Shown here one piece after another: positions 43,168 to 55,710 of a DNA stretch of 64,000 bases. A model generated the notes under the pieces. It ran no database searches. It was not told the DNA's origin and was given only the letters and a program-made list of their open reading frames with translations. The first letter of the stretch is position 1, and every line of letters starts with the position of its first letter. The translations under genes and the position numbers were made by a program. Source of the DNA: Antedon mediterranea (lineage: Eukaryota > Animalia > Echinodermata); the NCBI RefSeq assembly GCF_964355755.1, contig NC_092680.1, positions 4,402,001-4,466,000 of the forward strand, read 5' to 3'.

Positions 43168-44794
43168 TAAATAATTTATATTTGTTTATAAACTTCTTTT
43201 TTCCATTTTAACAGTGTTACACTGTAAAAATAGTGTTTAAATCTTAAACATCTATAATTGTATACCCACTTTTTCCACACATTTAGCTTTTAAACACGTA
43301 GTTACATGTTTAGCGTGTTTGAAACCTAAACGTGTTTATAGCTATATGTTGTTTTCCTCCACTCTTCTAAAACCTAAACGTGTCTTTATGTTGCTCCACG
43401 TGTTTAACACGTCACTGATATGTTGAGTTGGATACAGACAACATGTTTAGAATGTATTTAGAACCTAAACATGTTCATATTCAAATTTCTAAAATAACAA
43501 CTTTTATATTTGTTTCCGAGAACTAGAAGGATTATTTCAACAAATTGTTTTACACATTCTCTTTTTTTACAACACAAAACTTTGCAAGATGTTATATTCA
43601 ATATTAAATTTCAGTAATTGTTCCGCTCAATTTACAGCAATTTTATAGTTGGCGTGCAATGAGGTATACCGTGTATGGCCGTGGGCTAAACGATTCATAC
43701 TACATATTAATGACTACTTCGCTTAAAAATCTGTATTTTTTAAGATTGTGATGTATAGCACCAAACTAAAGCTGTAGCCTTTTGACGTTGACTTGGCATT
43801 GGCGCTAAAGATCAATAATATTTTTTCAGTTTCCAGTTAAGCTTGAGGACCAAAAATAATACATTTATACTAGTAACAATTTACATTTATATTTACAGTA
43901 TTACCCTTTATATTGTTTTTATTTTAAGGATGTCTTTGATTAAGGTAAATATTATTTTAAGCACAGGTTTTCTTTTGAGTTTGTTGTGCTTTAATTAGTG
44001 CATAAAAGGTACATAATAGACAAATAACAACATATTATGTTTGTTTATTATGTATAAAAGAATATTATGTTAACAAGTGTTTTCCCATCGGCGCATGCTC
44101 CTTGACGTGCACGACATCAATCAAATTTCAGCCGTTATCTTGTTAAAATTAAACTGTATTTTAATTCATTCAAATGTCTTATAATTATTTGATCAGATGG
44201 TTGTGTGTTTACCGTTGCCTAGTGACGCTGTGTTGAACCATCGATCATATGTATGTCGTTCCTATCAACGTAAATTAACAAACTACGACTACAGGTAAAT
44301 TGTACGTATCCTCACGAGAGAATTTATACATTCATTATGTTTAATTTGTTTATATAAATTTAGTATGATTGCTGTATAGGTTATATTAAAGACTAGGATA
44401 GCAACTAAATTTTTTTATGACAAGGTAAATCTGAAACCATCGCGTCGGTTTAGACAAACATAATTGTGATCCTTACTTGTTAGTATAGGTTGACAACATG
44501 TTCTATTAACGCGTTCCTTGCTGGTTTCCTGTAAACTCTTTAATAATTGAGATAACGCGTTTTTGTAGTGTTGTAACGCAATAAAAACGTACCACGAGAT
44601 TCGTTATAATACTACTTTGGTTATAAATACTTTGGCGGTTCATGATGCAAGCAAAACTTTAACTTCTTTATAAAAAAGACAGAAATCAAACCGAGCTTAT
44701 TGTCAATGCTTGTTTTGATATATGACATGTGACCATTCATCACACACACTCACATACATAAATATTTTAAACAAGAAATCTCCATACCACACAC

Positions 44795-45080
44795 ATATAA
44801 TAATAATATCCTGGATTTATATAGCGCCTAATGCTAAACATTATTACCCCAGTCATTTTTTTTTTATCAAACACCTATGGAAACATACTCCCATAATGCA
44901 GCTATAGTAATCAGCGCAAAGTTGTCTTGATCTAACCGGGTTCCCATTTATACACCTGGGTGGAGAGAGGCAAACGTAAGTAAAGTATCTTGCCTAAGGA
45001 TACAAGCAGTGAGAGAGTTGGATTCGAACCTTGATCTCACTATCACAGTAGTCGAACGTCCAACCCACTGCGCCACTCGA
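44795..45080 (-). mobile_element. tRNA-derived SINE (second family)
   Basis: On the minus strand: A-box TGGCGCAGTGG, B-box GGTTCGAATCC, central CCTTAGGCAAG...CCACCCAGGTGTATAAATGGG, and a 3' GGCGCTATATAAATCC plus (TAT)n tail. Confidence 0.8.
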
Positions 45081-45835
45081 ATCGTGTTGTGCTATCACAA
45101 CAGGAAAAATGAACAACATTATGAGGCACGATCTATCGGAAGATCGAGGTATGTCCACTTTCACGTCCTAATAAGAAAATCTAATTAAAATCGCAACGAA
45201 AGTTATTAAATAATTAAACATGACTGCGTTGAATATTTATTATTATACTTTGGAACGCAATTAATGATATCGACTACGCCAATCGAAGTTGGTGATCAAT
45301 GGTTCCCGTTGTCCTTTTTATTACGTCATACCGTGTCCTGGACGCAGACATGTCACGCATCCTAATCACGTGATTAACTTGTATACGAGTACGTATCTCA
45401 TCTTAATTTGATGGGACATTTAATTACTATTTATTATTATTATTTTATTTGATTTCGGAAATGTCAGGCGTTAAATCGATATAACATTTCTTTAAACAAA
45501 AAAGAAGTTCATGGGATTCGAACACCATACATCGACATACATACCATAGTCTAATCCAGTCGACTACACAGATGGATCGACTGTTTCCTAATATCTATGC
45601 GTACTAACATAATATTAATATAGAGATTAGGATTTCAATGTGTTTATAATTTAAAATATAATGGAATACAATGAATGACCAAGAAAATTAATACTAAATA
45701 GACCAACTCACCTAACTGGAGCCCAATGAATCAGCTCAATTTGTTTACACGGCCAGAATTGTTACATTCTCAATTACAGTACTTCTTTTTCATTGATGAA
45801 TTATCTCTGCAGCTTTGAACAGCCATGTGTGAACA

Positions 45836-47382
45836 TCTATATATAAATTTACGTAAGGGCAAAATTCGGTAAATCGCGCCTTACTTTTAGAATTTTTACT
45901 CGATGGTATGTAAAGTTGGTTCGTACTTTCGGTACTGATTTTAACCGCCTGATGTAACCCTGTTTACTAATTAAATTAAGTTAGATAATTAGTTATTGAC
46001 GATTAAAACGAATTTAGGTTCAAAGATTTGCCCCAAATAGGGGTGTTTTCCGATCGTGGTATACACTGTCTAATGGATGTCCATCTTGAAAAATACCCGC
46101 CACAAAAATGCGAGGAGGCTTCGCATTTTTCTATCTCCTCCTACGATAATTGTTTTTAATAGCTGAAAACCGGTTGAACAGTTCGAGTACAGCATCATAA
46201 TGTTGAAGACAGGCCGATTTTCTTTAAAAAATACTATTTTGATACATTTAATATACGTTTTTACAAATGTATTGATTTGTGATGAATGGAACATTCCAAA
46301 TTATTTGGTTTAACCATACAGGTATAGATTTAGATTTATGGGCCTCCTTGGAGAATAAACATAAATAGTATTGCAATGCTGTACAATACTGTTAAGGTAT
46401 TAACCACTTTTGATCGCAATTTGAATCGCAAATGTCTTACTGTGAGTGTTGGTACTGTTAGATGTAATATAAAAATATATACAAATAAACTTTATTACTG
46501 TGAGTGTGGGTAGGCCCTACTGTTAGATTATAAACATATAATATACAAATAAACATTCCAAATTATTTGGTTTAACCATAGAGGTATAGATTTAGATTTA
46601 TGGGCCCCCTTGGAGAATAAACATAAATAGTACTGCAATGCTGTACAATACTGTTAAGGTATTAACCACTTTTGATCGCAATTTGAATCGCAAATTTCTT
46701 ACTGTGAGTGTTGGTACTGTTAGATGTAATATAAAATATATACAAATAAACTTTATTACTGTGAGTGTGGGTAGGCCCTACTGTTAGATTATAAACATAT
46801 AATATACAAATAAATAAACGTTATTACTGACAGTTGCTTCTCAACGTTTGTATTAATTAATAATTTAAAAATATATAAACGTCGTAGTGGTGTATCGTTA
46901 CATGTACTTTACTATTTCAATCGACTATGACAGTGAGAGTTTTAACAAAGTACCGTATTAAATCGTAAATGTTTTACTGTATTTAGTGGTATATTATTTA
47001 TAGGCCTATAAAACATTAAAAACAATATTTCGTTACTGAGTGGATAAGAATATATTTTAAAATGTTTCCTCTTTGTACCTATCTTCTTTCCCCATCCCTC
47101 AACCCTTAATGTTACATACAAAACACAAATTGGGTTTGTTTAAATGAGTCCGAATAAAAAAATTTGTTTCTCTCTCGGAAGTAATTCCCAGGGTGCTAAT
47201 TTTGGTTGACTACATAAATCATTGTGTATATTTATTCGTTTCTGTAAACGACAATGTATTATAGTCCTGCGGTACGTACATTTGAAATCTCCATTTTTTT
47301 CTCGCTGGAAATACTGTGTATTCGAGAACCATCTGTGGGCACGACCTAGATGGTACGCGAGCGAAGCGAGCGTGCCATCTAG
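45836..47382 (+). mobile_element. Non-autonomous Helitron, copy 2 (with ~262-bp internal tandem duplication)
   Basis: a|TCTATATATAAATTTACG ... GCGTGCCATCTAG|t. The segment starting at 46291 repeats at 46553. Confidence 0.85.
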
Positions 47383-48605
47383 TAATGTAAATTTAAAGTA
47401 CCATTGCTAATTGATGAACCTAAAAAGAACGCTCAAGTAGATAGTCAATAGAGTAGCCAATTTAAAGAGCTTACTGACAAATTGTCCAAATTAGGTCTGT
47501 TTTACATATGAAAGAGGGATCCATTATGCCATAATTTGACTTGTTATCATTATTATGTTTATGAAGGTTTTTAACCATGATAATATTCCATTAAGGTAGG
47601 AGCATCATAGTACAATACTCGTATATTTTAGCAAAATAAGTGGAATAGAGGGGGCTATGCTTTTTGCAAAATATGTGAATAATGGAAATATACGCAAACT
47701 TTGTGCGTATTTTGTTATTGCTCCTCAACCCCCACTTTAAAATGTAGTTATTGTCCCATATTCTGTTTAGATTCATTATTTGATTTCCGATGTTCCTGTT
47801 CTTAGAGTTTTCTACAGGTAACGTTCCCCTCCACCGGAGCGTTAAAAGTATCGTAATCCATTCTATTCTCGTAAAATTCATGTTAGGAAAACATCCTTTT
47901 TTAGTTGACACAAATAGCAAAAATTACTGGTTACTCTACCGTATCGGTCTCGGTTCTTTTAATTTATTAATTTAAGATGAAGAGACAGTTGATTCATTTT
48001 GTATTTCTTACAATGCAATTTCATTTTGTTAACCACCTTTGACTTGATAGTTGATGTAGTAATTTGAATTAACACAAGGATAATCATTCAATCCAATTTG
48101 TTTTTCTCTTTATGGACTATTAAGTTTTTTAATCGCGTGAAAGCAAAACCAACTAATAGCACAGCGTGTTAAATAATCATAAATATTCATAGTTTGTTAT
48201 CCCATAGAAATAAATTACATACACGTTTCTATCTTTTCTCAGGTACACGGTATTATCCACCTCAAATTCGTGATTTATTTTAAATATTATTTTGATTTGT
48301 CTTATATGTATAAATTCCCAGTGATACAATTTCATTTTTAAAAACGCACCAGTGAGTCGTTCTCATATGTCGTTAAATCTATCTGGGATACTATGATTTG
48401 AAATATTCATATTTTCTTATTTCAATGCCTACACTTTTACAAGACAATTGTGTGCCCAAAGGTCTTGCGTGAATCAGCTCACACACTTTATAATACATTG
48501 CTTAAATTATTTTGAGAAAGTTGAATGGTTGTGATTTTATCATTGATGTTGATTTTAATGAACAAGTACCAACAGATTTGTGTATAACTAGGCCCTCTTC
48601 TCTAA

Positions 48606-48780
48606 AGCGTGGGTCCCACTAGCGACGCAACACAAGGGACGTAACGCAAGTGAATTGACCAATCACAAGCGATAGCTTATTCGCTTGTGATTTCTAACTG
48701 TCTATAACTTCGCTTGTCATTGGTTAAAACGCTTGCGTTGCGTTTACGTCCTTGCGTTACGTTCTAGTGAGAACTAAGCT
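48606..48780. mobile_element. MITE family A
   Basis: Full copy, separated from a family C copy by a single TTA. Confidence 0.85.
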
Positions 48781-48783
48781 TTA

Positions 48784-48985
48784 AGCGTGGTTTCCACTAG
48801 CGACGCAACGTAGAGACGTATTGACGCAAAGTTCTGTATTGCGTAATCACAAGTAGGAACCGACGACGCAACCGTGCTGCTGCACCGGTGGCTGCACACA
48901 TCGCAGGTTTGATTTCACGCTGGCAGAGGCAAACACAATTATTGAAAGTATTTTCTTACGTTGCGTCGCTAGTGGAAACCAAGCT
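48784..48985. mobile_element. MITE family C
   Basis: TIRs AGCGTGGTTTCCACTAGCGACGCAACG / CGTTGCGTCGCTAGTGGAAACCAAGCT and TTA/TTA flanks. Confidence 0.8.
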
Positions 48986-49476
48986 TTACACCGAAGATGT
49001 TTCCCTGTAAAAAGATGAACACAACTGAACTTGTTGGTTCCATCATACACTACATACATGAAAAAAAACATACATTATGTATAACGTTTTATAATAACAA
49101 GTATCAAACATATCCATTGTTTAAGATAATTCTAAGCAATTATAATTAAATTAATTAATTCAGCAACAAAAAATATAAATGTTTTATTTACATTTACAAC
49201 ACAAATAGAATCACATTTCAGATTTGTAAACTGATGAGTGACCAAATGAATAAGAAATCAATTATGAATATATACTACTGTATGTATAATTACAATTATC
49301 GAAATATTTATCAAATTCATTTTATATGCTACAATTCATAACATGGCCACTTTTATATTGGAACAGAATAATTTTAAATTATTATATTTATATACAAGTA
49401 ACAGCTCACAAGTATTAAAAAATAAATACCGAAAAGATTTAGTTTTAAGAAAGTAGTATTTATTGAACTTTAATTT

Positions 49477-49789
49477 CTACAAGTCTGGCATTGAAACTAG
49501 AGTACTGTCATTTTGAACGACTTGGTATATATAATCATTACTTCGTGTTAGATTTAAGTAATTGCTACTGCCGATGACACATTCGGATCCGTCTTGGTCT
49601 TCGGTTAGACCCGAGTCTGCTCGCTTCATGATGTGCATGGCAGGGATGTCAAAGGAGTAGTTGCTTTCTTTCATCTTATCAGCAGGTACTTCGTACGTTA
49701 CGCATGTCACTGGTTTCGATGGTGCGTGATCACGTCTTAAGCTAGTGTAAGTTCCGTCTGCGCTGTACTCAAGTATTCGTGGAAGACCG
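49477..49789 (-). CDS. MAM receptor terminal exon, cytoplasmic tail (GLPRILEYSADGTYTSL...SMPDL*)
   Basis: Acceptor ttttcag| in phase 2 matches the TM exon. Open frame of about 104 codons with raised GC. AATAAA on the minus strand at 49459-49464. Confidence 0.8.
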
Positions 49790-50073
49790 CTGAAAATTTC
49801 CCACAAACTTAATATTAATTTTAACAATGTAACAAAATATTTAATTTTTAGTAACTTTTATTAAAAGATTATGTTTGTGAAGAAAACTTGCTCGAGCCAA
49901 AACTCGGGCAAGAGAATTGAAAACGAAATGAATACATGATTTTACCTAAAAAATTCAAATATTTCTATAATAAGTTTCTAAAATGAAACTACAGTCACAT
50001 AATAAATTAATTAAAGTAACTTTGGAAGAAAAAAAAACATTACGAGGTAAATAAACACACTCGGATTTCCTAA

Positions 50074-50221
50074 AGCTCTGTCTACAATATAAAACTTTAT
50101 GTGACAAAAAGTGTGATGTGCTCATAATATGGACATGATGCTGTCACATCCATAACATATCCAAGCATATCACTACCATATTTGTGTACATCACATAAAG
50201 TGTGATAGTGTCGACAGAGCT
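50074..50221. mobile_element. MITE family B
   Basis: TIRs with TAA/TTA flanks. Confidence 0.8.
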
Positions 50222-50808
50222 TTACTGAAGGCTGTTTGAAGATTGTCGCAAAGAGTCATGTAACGATACAAAGAACTAAAATAGTGTGTTTTAGTTTTAA
50301 AAGTTCTTGGTCTGTTATTATAATGATTTCATTTGGATGAAAAGTGCTTGTAATTCGTCAGAACCACGAGCATGCATGAGGTCACGTAGACTTTATCACC
50401 AAATGTCAATGATCTTAATAATGTATAGCCTTAGCATCCTCGTTTCTCCTACAAACATTGTCAATCTTTTAATTAATGTATGTGATTAATGTATCTATGT
50501 TACCGTCTGTATTTACAAACTTAACATCAAAATGTCATCATTCCTATATGTGTTGTTTTTGCTAAAAAGGTTCAAACTTATCTTAATTAAATCTATATTG
50601 GTTAACAATTAGATGTCTTAGCAATTTGATTAATACTCCGCTAATATTATAACATGTGATAAACAGGGTGGAGAATCAATCATGTTTTAAGTAATTCAGT
50701 TGGATCATACATTTAAGTTGTTTGCAAAGACTGTATGTAGATACAGTATATGCTGCTTATTGCTTGGTTCCCTCTAGAACGTAACGCAAGACTAATGCCT
50801 GGTTCTAA

Positions 50809-50992
50809 TGCTTGGTTCCCACTAGCGACGCAACACAATGACGTAACGCAACTCAAGTGAATTGACCAATCACAAGCGATGGCTTATTCGCTTGTGATTG
50901 CTAACTGTCTATAACTTCGCTTGTCATTGGTTAAAACGCTTGCGTTGCGTTGCGTTTACGTCCTTGCGTTACGTTCTAGTGGGAACCAACCA
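50809..50992. mobile_element. MITE family A nested in the left TIR of a family C copy
   Basis: Splits the C terminus TGCCTGGTTC|CACTAGCG. Confidence 0.7.
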
Positions 50993-51064
50993 TCACTAGC
51001 GATGCAACGTAACGCAACGCCACGACGTATTGACGCAAAGTGCTGTATTGCGTAATCACAAGTG

Positions 51065-51297
51065 AGTGGAGTTGTGGCTTGGTGGTTATGATGCTTGGCT
51101 ACTACTCCGAGGGTCCTGGGTTCAAGTCCCGTCACATGTCAGGATTTTTTCTAAGGACAAAATTACAACTCCACTCCCAAAGACTTGTAATAAGACTTTG
51201 TTTATGTAGAGCATCTTGTGTATATGTTTGTCTTTTGAACCTCTGATGGTAAGCAATGGCTGGATGGATCACCCTCATTAAATATGGTTTTTAAAAA
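51065..51297 (+). mobile_element. tRNA-derived SINE
   Basis: A-box TGGCTTGGTGG, B-box GGTTCAAGTCC, A-tail and apparent TSD AAGTG (51060-51064 and 51298-51302). It interrupts a C MITE. Its 3' end resembles 60270-60300. Confidence 0.75.
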
Positions 51298-52635
51298 AAG
51301 TGGGGACCAAGACGCAAAAGTGCTCCAAACATCGTAGGTTTGATTTCACGAAAGCGAGGGAAAACACTATTATTGAATTTTTTTTTTGTAAGTTGCGTAT
51401 GTTGCGTTACGTTGCGTCGCTAGTAGGAATCAAACTTATATGTGGATTTATATGATCCATGCCTTTCCGTAGATATTCAGTACTGTGTGCATTATTGTAT
51501 TTTGTTCAGCGTGTTTTTTTGTTTGCCATAGCAGTTATTCGTGTTTCTCTAACCCTGTGCAACATTGCGCAGGATAACCAATAGATTGATGTAATGAGCT
51601 GATGAAAATGGTCAGTGCTCATGCGCACAATGTATGGATAAGATAGTACCCCCAATAGTACGAACGCTTGCTGGAACAGGGTGCAGATTACAAAAAGGGA
51701 CCACGCTGTGCCAATGTGACGCTGAGCATCAACTAACTATAAACTACTTTCCATAACTAATCGGCGCGCTATACTGCTGTAGAAAATGACATAGGTAGCA
51801 ATGTGAATGCAGCATGGGGGTTCAGTCACAACTGAATGAGCTTTTTAAACAAATATTGTTTAATATGTAGGCTAAACACACACTTTAACCGTCGTAATAT
51901 TTAGATAAATATCAAAAAATGCCATATGACATTTTTATTTCAACTTTTATTGCGAAAAAGAAAAACATATTTTTGCTAAGAAACACTTACAGATCCTAAG
52001 TGGGTACTCAACAGATTTGTGCAATCCCTAGGATAATCTTAATAAAACCCCGTATATTACGTATATCATTATTGATGATACAACGAATCCACTATTCGTA
52101 AGTCGTTTGCAATATAACAGCCTTTTGAGTAGGCCATCCTTTGAAATCGGCGGCGAATTAAGTTACCTATAACACTCAAGAGCTTGCTTTCCCAGTAGAG
52201 ATTATAAAGCCATAACATAGCATAAGATCTTAATATGTTGCATCACTATGTCTTTATGGAGCTCATCATTTATAGGGTGAAAGGTACACTTTATTTTCTA
52301 CAATGTGAACTGACAGTTAACCTAAAACTGTTCGTCATGTGTTTTTTTTTCTTTTCTAAAGAAACAAAATAGACCTACATTTGGAAGATTTATCCCACTT
52401 AAATTTTACCTGATTCTCGTACGTGATTTTATATATGTATAGAGACAATTTACAGAAAGTGAAGTTTCTGACTGCAACCTTTCATTCACATGGGTTACTT
52501 TTATTTCTTATGAGATTTTTATATATTTTTTTCAAGCCAGTCCCGCATTTGCAGTATACTGTACTAAAATCGACTGTACATTTTGGGTAAATAACAAACG
52601 TTAAATACATGGTATATATTTTATTTAGTACTTAC

Positions 52636-52735
52636 CCGTGTCTTTTTGTGTATATTAAAAATGCGACGGCACATACAACAAACACCGTGTTGAGTATACC
52701 AAGAAGTAAAGAAATAATGGACACAGTTGTCTCAC
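52636..52735 (-). CDS. MAM receptor exon 6, transmembrane helix (ETTVSIISLLLGILNTVFVVCAVAFLIYTKRH)
   Basis: Acceptor aacag|, donor GG|gtaagt, phase 1-2. About 25 hydrophobic residues followed by the basic stop-transfer KRH. Confidence 0.85.
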
Positions 52736-52888
52736 CTGTTTGATAAGAATATGAAATAATATAATATATTGTATTAGGATAATTACATATTTCTTTAATC
52801 ATTGTATTATACATAAAATATTGTTTCATCATAAATAGCGTTAGTACTAATAATTAAAAAATAAACATTGACATTTATTTCGCTTTAA

Positions 52889-53069
52889 ATCTTGGTTCCC
52901 ACTATAGAGCGTAACGCAAGGACGTAAACGCAACGCAAGCGTTTTAACCAATCACAAGCGATGGCTTATTCGCTTGTGATTTCTAACTGTCTATAACTTC
53001 GCTTGTCATTGGTTAAAACGCTTGCGTTGCGTTTACGTCCTTGCGTTACGTTCTAGTGGGAACCAAGCT
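52889..53069. mobile_element. MITE family A, symmetrised copy
   Basis: Both arms are of the GTAAACGCAACGCAAGCGTTTTAACCAAT type. Confidence 0.8.
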
Positions 53070-53387
53070 TTAGATCATTCGCATTAATATTGTCATATCC
53101 ATATCTTTATAAAATAAATTCCCTGGATAAAAAAAATAAATTATACATGTTGTTTGGTTGCTCATTTGATTAGTTTATTTTTCTAGTAATATTAACTAAT
53201 ATCATACTGTTCCTTTATTTCTTTATTAAAGTAAGCCTCATATTAACTTTCCATTAAAACTGACGATGTTTATAAGAATTGTAATATTGATTGGTCAATG
53301 AATGACTATACATAATTTGTTAGATATCCAACATACCAATTATACTGACATTGTTATAAATAATGTCAATTTGATACTTGTACTTAC

Positions 53388-53447
53388 GTGGTTGTAGAAT
53401 TACTGTTGGATGTGCAACGTCTGTGTAAGGCTTTCTTAGAACATCAT
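53388..53447 (-). CDS. MAM receptor exon 5, stalk (DVLRKPYTDVAHPTVILQP)
   Basis: Acceptor ttttag|, donor C|gtaagt, 60 nt, phase 1-1, open frame. Confidence 0.6.
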
Positions 53448-53833
53448 CTAAAATGGAAATATTTTGGCTTAAGTCAAAATAGATATGTGCTTTAAGTGTA
53501 AAACATAGACTTCTTCCTATCTTCTTTTTAAGTACTACATAAATTACGTAAACAGTGTTCCTTTTGAAAACAAACTTAAGATGATTATTTGCTAAGTAAG
53601 TTTGGTAATTCCAACCCAAATTAGAAAATTGGAGAAATGTATCGTATCTAATAATTAGGCCTATACGAAGGTACTGTAAAAACAGAATACTTGAGTTATA
53701 ATATTTGTTGATTCTTAATGTATACAGTATTATTGTACATGAATGAATGTATGATATGTTTCCGAACATCGGATATAAAGTAACATTGCAATGTGGTAAT
53801 ATTATATGTGCCATGTCAGCACTTTGTCGTACA

Positions 53834-55121
53834 TCTATATATAAATTTACGTAAGGGCAAAATTCGGTAAATCGCGCCTTACTTCTAGAATTTTTACTCG
53901 ATTGTATATAAAGTTGGTTCGTACTTTCGGTACTGATTTTAACCACCTGATGTAACCCTGTTTACTAATTAAATTAAGTTAGATAATTAGTTATTGACGA
54001 TTAAAACGAATTTAGGTTCAACGATTTGCCCCAAATAGGGGTGTTTTCCGGTCGTGGTATACACTGTCTAATGGATGTCCATCTTGAAAAATACCCGCCA
54101 CAAAAATGCGAGGAGGCTTCGCATTTTCCTATCTCCTCCTACGATAATTGTTTTTAATAGCTGAAAACCGGTTGAACAGCTAGAGTACAGCATCATAATG
54201 TTGAAGACAGGCCGGTTTTCTTTAAAAAATGCTATTTTGATACATGTAATACGTTTTTACAAATGTATTGATTTGTGATGAATGGAACATTCCAAATTTT
54301 TTGGTTTAACCATAGAGGTATAGATTTAGATTTATGGGCCCCCTTGGAGAATAAACATAAATAGTATTGCAATGCTGTACAATACTGTTAAGGTATTAAC
54401 CACTTTTAATCGCATATTTGAATCGCAAATTTCTTACTGTGAGTGTTGGTACTGTTAGATATAATATCAACAAATATACAAATAAACTTTATTACTGTGA
54501 GTGTGGGTAGGCCCTACTGTTAGATTATAAACATATAATATACAAATAAATAAACGTTATTACTGACAATTGCTTCTCAACGTTTGTATTAATTAATAAT
54601 TTAAAAATATATAAACTTCGTAGTGGTGTATCGTTACATGTACTTTACTATTTCAATCGACTATGACAGACACAGTTTTAACAAAGTTTTAAATCGTAAA
54701 TGTTTTACTGTATTTAGTGGTATATTATTTATAGGCCTATAAAACATTAAAAACAATATTTCGTTACTGAGTGGATAAGAATATATTTTAAAATGTTTCC
54801 TCTTTGTACCTTCTTCCCCCATCCCTCAACCCTTAATATTACATACAAAACACAAAGTGGGTTTGTTTAAATGAGTCCAAATAAAAAAAATTTACTCATT
54901 TTGTTTCTCTCTCTCGGAAGTAATTCCCAGGGTGCTAATTTTGGTTGACTACATAAATCATTGTGTATATTTATTCGTTTCTGTAAACGACAATGTATTA
55001 TAGTCCTGCAGTACGTACATTTGAAATCTCCATTTTTGTCTCGCTGGAAATACTGTGTATTCGAGAACCATCTGTGGGCACGACCTAGATGGTACGCGAG
55101 CGAAGCGAGCGTGCCATCTAG
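53834..55121 (+). mobile_element. Non-autonomous Helitron, copy 3 (intron 4 of the MAM gene)
   Basis: Same termini and body as copies 1 and 2. Confidence 0.85.
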
Positions 55122-55457
55122 TATATCAAATTAGAACTAAATGATACTTAATTGTATAGAAAAATAAGTGCGAAAATCTGTTTCTGTCTTAGAACTATTT
55201 TTAGTGTCAAGTGTCAAATTTGACATGATGATATAGATTGTTGTATCATAACATAATGGATTATTTGACACATGTGCTCACATGAGGAAATAGTGTTAAA
55301 AGTACAATGATCTTTAACTGATATGAAATTATCGGACTTGCATAAATATCACTTATGATGCTATTTGTATATGATGCTATATCCCAGCATTACAGGTTTT
55401 ACGTCAGCGCAGTCTATATAGAATAAAAGTCTTCTCATGTTTTGTTACTTACTCTGA

Positions 55458-55710
55458 CGTAAGGTCCTTTGCACCAAATTCAATTTAAGTTTAAAAAAAA
55501 TTGGAAAACGTAAGCCCATGGCTGTTGCACCAAGTTTATTCTAAACAATTTCGGAAAACGTAGGCCCCTGTTACATCAAATTCAATTTAATTTAAACAAA
55601 TTTGAAAAACCTAAGCCCTGTTCCACCAAGTTTATTTTAAGTTAGACAATGACGGAAAGCGTAGGCCCTGTTGCATAAAATTCATTTTAAGTTAAACAAA
55701 TTCGGAAGTT
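55458..55710. repeat. Diverged ~50-bp tandem repeat, 5 units
   Basis: Units start at about 55458, 55509, 55559, 55611 and 55660. Confidence 0.75.

Larger units (their letters stand above)
50796..51436. mobile_element. MITE family C interrupted by an A MITE and a SINE
   Basis: The C core resumes at about 50994 and again at about 51300. Confidence 0.7.

Noticed and set aside
51065-51135. tRNA gene
   Set aside because: A and B boxes are present, but there is no convincing acceptor stem, and it continues into a body with an A-tail and TSD, so it is a SINE head.
53320-53946. 208-aa ORF as a gene
   Set aside because: It runs across a Helitron end and AT-rich intron. Only 53388-53447 has splice support.
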